From Candidatus Latescibacterota bacterium (GTDB taxonomy: Bacteria > Latescibacterota > UBA2968), in assembly GCA_965208125.1 (NCBI GenBank), contig OZ242320.1:5216001-5280000 (forward strand): DNA of 64,000 nt. Direction: 5' to 3'. Of the stretch, positions 56,682 to 64,000 are shown in pieces. The first letter of the stretch is position 1. Every line of letters begins with the position of its first letter. Position numbers and translations under genes: made by a program. The notes below the pieces were generated by a model. That model did not search any database. It worked only from the letters and a program-made list of their open reading frames with translations, and was not told the DNA's origin.

Positions 56682-58289
56682 TTATCCTCCCAATCTCACA
56701 TCCACAGGCTCAGGTATCCATGAAGCAGCAATGCCCAGATCGCTGTGAATAACCTGTGCTGCATTATAACCCGGCAAACCAGTCACATTGCCGCCGGGAT
56801 GGCAGCACGACCCGCAAAGATACAACCCCTCAAAACATCCCCGATAATGCCCGGCACCGGGAAAGGGACGATTATACCCCGTCTGTCCATTTGTAAACGC
56901 ACCGACGAGTAAATCCCCATTCCGCATATTGGGCAATGCGCGCTCGACATCCAGTGGGCTGCGAACAAAAGAATCGATCACGCAATCCTTCAAATTGGGC
57001 GCGTATTCAGACCACATATCCAGCATATCGCGACCAACCGCATCCCGCTCGCGATCCCAATTTGCAGAATCGCCATACAGGTGAAATGGCAACTTCTGCC
57101 ACATAAACGCCGTATGTTTGCCCAAAGGAGCCTGTGTGGCGTCAAAATGCGTCGGACACGCGCCCCACATCACAGTCGGCGGAATCGTCCCCTTCTCGTG
57201 ATGGGCAACAATATCCACATATTGATCCGCGTGTTCCAGTCCCAGAATAACCATCAGAGCGTCTGCGACTTCCGGATGTTTTTCCAAAGCGCGATAACGC
57301 GGCGGTTCACCCAAATTCAAATGGAGTGCGAACAGCGGTGCCAGCACATTATACTGAAATCTCTCGACCCGGTTTTGCCACGTTCCGGGCAACGCCTCGC
57401 GGTCAATCAAATCGAGAAACGTCTGATGGGGATTCAGACTGGACACGACCACAGGCGCTTTGATATACTTCCCATCCACCGTCTCAACACCCTTAACGCG
57501 ATTATCCTCCACAACAATGCGCTCGGGCTCGGTTTGCAACCATATCTCGCCGCCCATCTCAGAAATAGCAGCAACCAGCGCGCGTGCCAGTCCCGCTGAC
57601 CCGCCCACACAAATCTGCGCTTTCCCCTCGCTCGCCAGCAAAGCCGGTATATGGTGCCCAAACCCCGAGGCGCGCAAATCCACTTCGCGCAGCCCATTGA
57701 AAAACAACAACCCGGCACGAATGACCGGATGTTCAAATTCTCGATTTACAAACTCAAGCGGAGAAAGCGCGTTGACTTCGAGCAACATCTTCCCCTCTCG
57801 GGTCTGCGACAGAATTTTTTGCCTCAACGCCTGCGGCAACGGCGGCGCCTGTGCCTCTACAGACAGAATATTTTTCACAACGGGATCAAACGCATCGCGC
57901 CATCGCCGAAGTGTCTGTGCATCCCGCTTGCTAAACCGCGCAAAACTATCTTCAGTGCGTTCAAAATTCGTGTACCATTTCAGCACATCGCCATTTTTCA
58001 GCACAAGAGCCACATTCAATTCGGGTTCAATATAGCGCGCGCCATACCGCTCCAGGTGCAAATCGCCAAACCACGGCATTTGCGTGATAGCGCGATGAAA
58101 AAAAGAATGTGTATTGTGCAAAAAACCCGGATAACGGGGATCTTCAACAGTCGCCAGCCCGCCTCCGGGTTTATCCGATCGCTCCAGACAAATCACATTG
58201 AGTCCTGCGCGACACAAATACGCCTGCAAAATGAGGCCATTGTGCCCAGCACCCAGCACAATCGCATCAAAGCTTCTATCCTCTCCCAT
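56682..58289 (-). CDS. Phytoene-dehydrogenase-like FAD oxidoreductase
   Basis: GAGHNGL, ERSDKPGG, GLYLCGSCCHPGGNVTGLPGYNAA. Confidence 0.85.
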   Translation of the reverse strand: MGEDRSFDAIVLGAGHNGLILQAYLCRAGLNVICLERSDKPGGGLATVEDPRYPGFLHNTHSFFHRAITQMPWFGDLHLERYGARYIEPELNVALVLKNGDVLKWYTNFERTEDSFARFSKRDAQTLRRWRDAFDPVVKNILSVEAQAPPLPQALRQKILSQTREGKMLLEVNALSPLEFVNREFEHPVIRAGLLFFNGLREVDLRASGFGHHIPALLASEGKAQICVGGSAGLARALVAAISEMGGEIWLQTEPERIVVEDNRVKGVETVDGKYIKAPVVVSSLNPHQTFLDLIDREALPGTWQNRVERFQYNVLAPLFALHLNLGEPPRYRALEKHPEVADALMVILGLEHADQYVDIVAHHEKGTIPPTVMWGACPTHFDATQAPLGKHTAFMWQKLPFHLYGDSANWDRERDAVGRDMLDMWSEYAPNLKDCVIDSFVRSPLDVERALPNMRNGDLLVGAFTNGQTGYNRPFPGAGHYRGCFEGLYLCGSCCHPGGNVTGLPGYNAAQVIHSDLGIAASWIPEPVDVRLGG

Positions 58290-58292
58290 ATC

Positions 58293-59111
58293 TCACCAAT
58301 AGCGTTCTATATGTATCTGCCCGGGATCTCTCCGCTTGTGCTCCTTAAAACCCTCTGAAATCAAAATTTCTGTCACATCATCGCACATATAGGGATTACC
58401 ACATACAAACACATGCGTATCTTCCGGTGTGGGATGCCCACCCCAAACCTCATTGAGCGGGCCATCTGTCCACAAATTCTGCACATAGCCCGTATATCCG
58501 CTCCACGCCACATGCTCATTTGCCGGACGACTAATCTGGGGGATATAAATAAAATTAGCGCATAAATCTTGCATCATCTCCAATTCTGACCGATACCCCA
58601 AATCCCATGAATGTCGCGCCCCGTGCAACACCACAAAACGCCGCTCTGTGTTTTCCTTCAAATAAGTCCGCAACATACTCATATAAGGCGCCAATCCCGT
58701 ACCCGTCGCCACCATCACGACATTTTTATTTGGCGGAACATCTTGCAGCGTAAACATACCCGTAATTTTTGGTCCCAACCAGAGGCGATCGCCAATTTCG
58801 AGCGCGAATAGCCTGGGCGTCAACGCCCCCGACCTCACCAGAGTAATATAAAACTCGAGGTACTCTGTTGCCACCGAAGAAGATGCAATCGAATACGCCC
58901 GCCGGATCAAACCTCTCTGCGGCTTCTCGTAATCTTCGACAGGATCTGAATACTCTGTGCGGGGTGCTTCGGGAGGCAATCCGATCACGCCAAATTGCCC
59001 GGCTTCAAAAGCTGGCAATTCCCATCCGTCGGGCACAACGCGAAGAATAATCAAATCGGGGGTCACTTCGAGACGTTGTGTCACAACGGCATTGAGTTCA
59101 TCCTTCGGCAA
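58293..59111 (-). CDS. fpr: Ferredoxin--NADP(+) reductase
   Basis: RAYSIAS, GALTPRL, ATGTGLAPY, VCGNP, terminal ERYW. Confidence 0.88.
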   Translation of the reverse strand: MPKDELNAVVTQRLEVTPDLIILRVVPDGWELPAFEAGQFGVIGLPPEAPRTEYSDPVEDYEKPQRGLIRRAYSIASSSVATEYLEFYITLVRSGALTPRLFALEIGDRLWLGPKITGMFTLQDVPPNKNVVMVATGTGLAPYMSMLRTYLKENTERRFVVLHGARHSWDLGYRSELEMMQDLCANFIYIPQISRPANEHVAWSGYTGYVQNLWTDGPLNEVWGGHPTPEDTHVFVCGNPYMCDDVTEILISEGFKEHKRRDPGQIHIERYW

Positions 59112-59121
59112 ACCACCCTCC

Positions 59122-60168
59122 TTAAGCTAAGGTTATACCAACAGCGCGTCCTGTTTCACAAATCTGTCGCCAGGTCTCATCATCTATGTTCACGCCATGG
59201 GCTTCTTTCTCTCGCCGCATGCGCGCTTCCATCTCGCCCGGCATCAAAATTTCATCGAACCCGGGCGCGAGCCGGGCACTTTTCAAAAATTGCACAAACG
59301 ATAGCATTTCATCGCGAAATTGATCGCGGCCGACAAAAGCCCCAATATCCAGCGCCATAATAAACACCCCATTGCCACCGGAAAGTCCACCTTCGCGACT
59401 GCAACCACCGCCACCGAGTGCGCCAGACAAAACATCGACCACCACAGAAAGCGCGTAGCCCTTATGCGCGGAAATCCCGCCAAAAGGCAAAATAGCCCCT
59501 CGGGGTGGACCGTAAAACTTTGCCGGATCCGTCGTCGAATCGCCCTCGGCATCAATAACCCAGCCTTCGGGCAGCGATTCCCCCAAATTGCGCTTCACCC
59601 GAATTTTCCCTTCCGCGACAACACTCGTGGTCAAATCCACGACAATCGGAAAATCGCCCCCCGTGGGAATACCCACGGCAATGGGATTGGGCGACATGCG
59701 CGCGTCAATGCCGCCAAACGGATGCTGAAGCAATCCCCCGCCGTGATTATTGCACATCACAATGCCAATCATCTCCGCCTCGGCAGCGACCTCCACATAT
59801 TCACCCAAACGCCCAATATGCCCGCTATTGAAAAGCTCGACCACGGCAACCGACCGCTGTTTTGCCTTCTCCATTGCCAGCGCCATAGCCTGATGGCAAA
59901 CAGTTTGTCCAAACCCCCAACCGCCATCGGCAACCGCCGAAGCATCGGCCTCGCGCACAACCGCGATCTCCTGCCCGGCGTGTACGCGCCCTTCCTCAAG
60001 TGCCTGAACGTACTGCACAAGCCGAATCACACCGTGGGAATCGTGCCCCATCAAATTGGACAACACCAGCGAATGCGCAATCTGACGCGCTTCTTCCGCG
60101 CTCAGACCCGCGCCTTCAAATACCCGTGTACAGGCTCCCTTGAGCTCTTCAACATCCAAAACTGGCAT
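59122..60168 (-). CDS. Type 2 malate/L-lactate dehydrogenase family (Ldh_2) oxidoreductase
   Basis: GHDSHG, DGGWGFGQ, HIGRLG, NPIA, EGK, HKGYAL, MPGE. Confidence 0.9.
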   Translation of the reverse strand: MPVLDVEELKGACTRVFEGAGLSAEEARQIAHSLVLSNLMGHDSHGVIRLVQYVQALEEGRVHAGQEIAVVREADASAVADGGWGFGQTVCHQAMALAMEKAKQRSVAVVELFNSGHIGRLGEYVEVAAEAEMIGIVMCNNHGGGLLQHPFGGIDARMSPNPIAVGIPTGGDFPIVVDLTTSVVAEGKIRVKRNLGESLPEGWVIDAEGDSTTDPAKFYGPPRGAILPFGGISAHKGYALSVVVDVLSGALGGGGCSREGGLSGGNGVFIMALDIGAFVGRDQFRDEMLSFVQFLKSARLAPGFDEILMPGEMEARMRREKEAHGVNIDDETWRQICETGRAVGITLA

Positions 60169-60253
60169 ACACCCTCCTCACCAAATCAAAACCGGGCCAT
60201 AATCTACCATTAACGGGCATAATGGTCAATAATTGAGTCTAATTTCTCACCCC

Positions 60254-60640
60254 TCAAAGCATCTTCTCCTTGCGATGCACCAGTTGCACGCAAACGCCCC
60301 AGGGATCGCGCAACATCGCCAGTGTATCCCCTGCATCCGTGGGCGTGGGTTCCTGCACAACCGTTGCACCCGCGGCTTTCAAACGCGCAAAATCGGCCTC
60401 AATATCCTCCGTCGCATAGGCAAAATGCAGTGCCAGATGGTGCATCGAAGCATAATCTGGCGTCTCCACTTCTGGCTGGTGATAAAGCTCGTACATCGTC
60501 GTCCCTTCCGAATCCGCCACAAAGGTCATCTTGATGGGCGGTGGCCCCTGGCGCACAACGCGCATGCCCAGATTATCGCAATACCACTTTGCAACCTCAT
60601 CGGGATCATCAACCACAAAAGCAATGTGTTCAACCTTCAT
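60254..60640 (-). CDS. VOC/glyoxalase family protein
   Basis: EHIAF, WY..NLG, HFAY, LRDPWG. Confidence 0.85.
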   Translation of the reverse strand: MKVEHIAFVVDDPDEVAKWYCDNLGMRVVRQGPPPIKMTFVADSEGTTMYELYHQPEVETPDYASMHHLALHFAYATEDIEADFARLKAAGATVVQEPTPTDAGDTLAMLRDPWGVCVQLVHRKEKML

Positions 60641-60685
60641 CTCTTTCTCCTTTTACTAATGATGGGCAGATTCATGGGCCTGCCC

Positions 60686-61699
60686 CTAACCCGTCATGCC
60701 TTCCAACTGCAATATATCGCTCAAATGACAGCGCACTGCATGTCCTGGCGCGATCTCGCGCAATTCTGGCACTTCTTCCTTACACCGATCCTCGACATAA
60801 GGGCAACGCGGATGAAACGCACAGCCCGAAGGTGTATCCCCGGGATCCGCTACCTCGCCAGACAGCAAAACGCGCTTCTTCTTTCGTTTGGGATCTGGAT
60901 TGAGCACCGCCGACAAAAGTGCCTCGGTATAGGGATGCGCCGGACTTTGAAAAAGCTGATCAACCGGAGCCAATTCCACAACCTTACCCACATACATCAC
61001 CGCCACGCGGTCGGAAATATGGCGCACCACACTCAAATCGTGCGCGACAAACAAATACGTCAACCCGAACTTTTCTTGCAACTCCTGAAGCAAATTGAGC
61101 ACCTGCGCCTGCACAGAGACATCCAACGCGGAAACGGGTTCATCCGCCACGATCAACCTGGGATGCAATGCCAGTGCCCTCGCAATGCCAATACGCTGCC
61201 GCTGCCCCCCGCTAAAAGCGTGTGGATACCGCCGCAAAAAATGGGGATTCAACCCCACCTGAGCGAGCAATTCCCGCACGCGCGTCTCCCGTTCGTGGCG
61301 ATCTGCGACCCCATTGACCAGCAGCGGTTCACCAATAATATCGAGCACCGTCATACGCGGATTCAAAGAGGCGTAGGGATCTTGAAAAATCATCTGCATA
61401 TCTCGGCGCAGCGACTTGAGCACATCGTGGGGTGCCCGTGCAACATCGACCTCCTCGCTATCCTTGCGGAACCACACCTCGCCAGCCGTGGGAGCTATCG
61501 CCCGCAAAATCGTGCGCCCAACCGTTGTTTTACCCGATCCGCTTTCCCCAACCAGTCCCAGACACTCCCCTTCAAACAAATCAAAACTCACGCCATCTAC
61601 GGCTTTGACCTGACCGACAACCGTATTGAAAAAACCGCGCGTAATGGGAAAATGCTTTCTCAGATCGCGCACCCGCAACAGGGCATTCTGTTCACGCAT
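60686..61699 (-). CDS. Peptide/nickel ABC transporter ATP-binding subunit (OppF-like)
   Basis: [39 protein letters not shown]-terminal Cys cluster. Confidence 0.92.
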   Translation of the reverse strand: MREQNALLRVRDLRKHFPITRGFFNTVVGQVKAVDGVSFDLFEGECLGLVGESGSGKTTVGRTILRAIAPTAGEVWFRKDSEEVDVARAPHDVLKSLRRDMQMIFQDPYASLNPRMTVLDIIGEPLLVNGVADRHERETRVRELLAQVGLNPHFLRRYPHAFSGGQRQRIGIARALALHPRLIVADEPVSALDVSVQAQVLNLLQELQEKFGLTYLFVAHDLSVVRHISDRVAVMYVGKVVELAPVDQLFQSPAHPYTEALLSAVLNPDPKRKKKRVLLSGEVADPGDTPSGCAFHPRCPYVEDRCKEEVPELREIAPGHAVRCHLSDILQLEGMTG

Positions 61700-62699
61700 C
61701 GCGCACATCCTCTCCATACAACACACACGCAACCACATGCCCATCCTCAACAGCGAGCAAGTCTGGCCTATCGCCCGCATTGCACACCCCGTCCTGTGCC
61801 ACTTCACATCGCGGATGAAAAGGACACCCCTGCAATTGCGTATAGGGATCGGGCACGGACCCCCTGATCGTCTGCAACCGCGTCTTTCTCGCCTGGCTCA
61901 TTCCCGGGATAGATTGCATCAGCGCCTGCGTATAGGGGTGTTTGGGATTTTCAAAAATCTCCTCTGTCGCCGCGTGTTCCACAATGCGCCCCATATACAT
62001 CACTGCAACCTCATCTGCCATTTCTGCGACCACACCCAAATCGTGTGTAATCAACATAATCGACATCTGAAATTCGTCTTGCAAATCGCGCATCAAATCC
62101 AGTATCTGCGCCTGAATAGTGACATCCAATGCGGTCGTGGGTTCATCGGCAATCAACAGTGCCGGACGGCACGAAAGCGCCATGGCAATCATCACACGCT
62201 GTCGCATCCCGCCACTCATCTCGTGCGGATATTGTGCAAACCGCCGCTCCGCATCCGGAATCCCAACCCGATCCAGCATATTTACGGCGAGTGACCACGC
62301 TTCTTCACCCCGCAAATCGAGATGCAACCGAATCGCCTCAACAATTTGAAACCCCACCGTATGCACCGGACTCAGCGACGTCATCGGCTCCTGAAAAATC
62401 ATTGCAATTTCGTGCCCGCGAATCGCGCGAATATCCTCGCCCTCTTCATCCAGATCCGTCAAATAAATCTCGCGGTCTGGACGATGCAAAACAATCTCGC
62501 CCTCCACAATCCGCCCGGGTGATGACACCAGGCGCAATGCCGAAAAAGCCGTCACGCTCTTCCCGCACCCACTCTCCCCCACAATCCCCACCGTCTTCCC
62601 CCGGGGAATATCCATCGTCACGCCATCCACAGCGCGAACCGTTCCCTCATCGAGAAAAAAGTGCGTCTTCAAATTATTTATGGTCAACACATTGTCCAA
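61692..62699 (-). CDS. Peptide/nickel ABC transporter ATP-binding subunit (OppD-like)
   Basis: [31 protein letters not shown]; start uncertain (TTG 62699). Confidence 0.92.
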   Translation of the reverse strand: MDNVLTINNLKTHFFLDEGTVRAVDGVTMDIPRGKTVGIVGESGCGKSVTAFSALRLVSSPGRIVEGEIVLHRPDREIYLTDLDEEGEDIRAIRGHEIAMIFQEPMTSLSPVHTVGFQIVEAIRLHLDLRGEEAWSLAVNMLDRVGIPDAERRFAQYPHEMSGGMRQRVMIAMALSCRPALLIADEPTTALDVTIQAQILDLMRDLQDEFQMSIMLITHDLGVVAEMADEVAVMYMGRIVEHAATEEIFENPKHPYTQALMQSIPGMSQARKTRLQTIRGSVPDPYTQLQGCPFHPRCEVAQDGVCNAGDRPDLLAVEDGHVVACVLYGEDVRDA

Positions 62700-62700
62700 A

Positions 62701-63453
62701 TCACACGGCTCCTTTTGCCCGCGCCATAAACGCCTTTGCACCCTCTTGCAGCCACCCGGTGCTATTCACCAGCAGCATCTGCACCCCGGCAGCGGCAAAT
62801 TTCCCTACATTGTCCGACGAGGTCATCGTTCCCGCTATACGCCCCGACGCGATGATCTTTGCAAGCGCGCCGTCAATCGTCTTTTGCACCACTTTATTTT
62901 CCAAATCGCCAATATATCCCATTGACGCTCCCAGATCTGAAGGCGCAACAAAAAATACATCGACCTGATCCACAGTCAGGATCTCATCCAGATTCTCCAC
63001 CGCGATGATGTCTTCAATCAAAATGGTGAGCAACACCTCGTCATTCGCCTTAGCAAAATAATCTTCAACACCATAGCCCTGCCGACTCGTGAACATACCG
63101 CGCTGACCAATGGGCGCAAACCGCCCACCAGCCACGACATTTTCCGCTTCCTCGCGCGTATTCACATGCGGCACCACAATACCCTGCGCTCCCCTATCCA
63201 GGGTGCGATAAATAAGCGTCTGATCGTTGCGATTCACGCGCACAATCGACGTCATGCCCCACAAATCACAGGCGCGCGTGAGATTGCCCAACTCGTCAAA
63301 AGCCATGGGGCCATGCTCCCCCTCAATCCATATCCCATCAAAATTCGCGGGACCAAATGTATCAATATCATCCGCGTGCGTAAATCCACCGGCGATATAC
63401 GCCTGTTCGCCTTGTCGCAACTTGTGTTTTACCCGATTCTGTCGAAGTTCCAT
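62701..63453 (-). CDS. HpcH/HpaI aldolase family protein
   Basis: WIEGEHG, LDRGAQGIVVPHV, ILIE, FVAPSDL. Confidence 0.88.
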   Translation of the reverse strand: MELRQNRVKHKLRQGEQAYIAGGFTHADDIDTFGPANFDGIWIEGEHGPMAFDELGNLTRACDLWGMTSIVRVNRNDQTLIYRTLDRGAQGIVVPHVNTREEAENVVAGGRFAPIGQRGMFTSRQGYGVEDYFAKANDEVLLTILIEDIIAVENLDEILTVDQVDVFFVAPSDLGASMGYIGDLENKVVQKTIDGALAKIIASGRIAGTMTSSDNVGKFAAAGVQMLLVNSTGWLQEGAKAFMARAKGAV

Positions 63454-63465
63454 AAGTCTAATCTC

Positions 63466-64000
63466 CTAACGTGAATAAGGATCGGCGGCGTCGCGCAGAC
63501 CGTCACCGACAAAATTAAATGCGAGCACAGTAATAATCACAAAAATCACAGGCGTCAAAAGCCACGGCTGAAAAGCCACAGCCTGAACATTTTGCGCCTC
63601 TTTCAACAGCACGCCCCAACTCGTCACCGGCGGACGCAGCCCAAGACCGAGAAAACTCAGCGAAGTCTCGCCCAAAATCATGCCCGGCACAGCGAGCGTC
63701 AAACTCACGATAATATGGCTCATAAACGAAGGCAGCAGATGCCGTGTCATAATCCGCCAACGACTCGCGCCGGCAAGCAATGCAGCAGTTGCGAAATCCT
63801 CTTCGCGCAACGACAAAATTTTCCCGCGCACCTGCCGCGCCAAACCCGTCCACCCAATAAAGGACAACACAACCGTAATACCCATATAGATCTGCAAGGG
63901 CGACCACGATGAAGGCAGTGCCGCAGCCAGAGCCATCCACAGCGGAATAGACGGAAAAGACCTGAGAATCTCAATCCCGCGCTGAATGAGATTGTCGATC
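63466..64000 (-). CDS. Peptide ABC transporter permease (OppC-like), 5' end outside the window
   Basis: ARQVRG, EAA-type loop, ETSLSFLGLG, SWG, GDGLRDAADP. Confidence 0.9.
   Translation of the reverse strand, partial: IDNLIQRGIEILRSFPSIPLWMALAAALPSSWSPLQIYMGITVVLSFIGWTGLARQVRGKILSLREEDFATAALLAGASRWRIMTRHLLPSFMSHIIVSLTLAVPGMILGETSLSFLGLGLRPPVTSWGVLLKEAQNVQAVAFQPWLLTPVIFVIITVLAFNFVGDGLRDAADPYSR

Noticed and set aside
60233-61867. 544-aa plus-strand ORF
   Set aside because: Antisense to the VOC and OppF genes, which have clear family motifs.

Overview
A 64-kb gene-dense bacterial chromosomal segment; gene content suggests a heterotrophic diderm, possibly FCB-affiliated such as Latescibacterota (inference only). 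From left to right: (1) a batA-E cluster without its usual MoxR ATPase, with a 15x NQQ minisatellite in batC; (2) a GldG-like/DUF4340 pair; (3) a bacterial microcompartment (BMC) locus of PVM-like architecture (PduL, 2 BMC-H, 3 BMC-P, acylating aldehyde dehydrogenase, class II aldolase, acetate kinase) in which a signal-peptide-less sulfatase, an MFS transporter and an enolase-superfamily enzyme are joined by overlapping stop/start codons, which is the best candidate for an undescribed system; (4) a divergent surface-glycan locus (Wzi, three GT-C glycosyltransferases, O-antigen ligase-like protein, GT2, DegT aminotransferase, WecA/MraY-methyltransferase fusion); (5) a lipoprotein-LpoB operon behind a consensus sigma-54 promoter; (6) a small AT-richer island with hicBA, a DUF2971-like gene cleanly split by a 937-bp IS5-family element, and an unknown membrane protein; (7) assorted catabolic genes, tRNA-Gly(GCC) and the end of a peptide-type ABC operon. 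Several families of small REP-like and heptamer repeats sit in intergenic junctions. No CRISPR array or rRNA was seen. All family assignments come from motif recognition by eye; no database searches were run.
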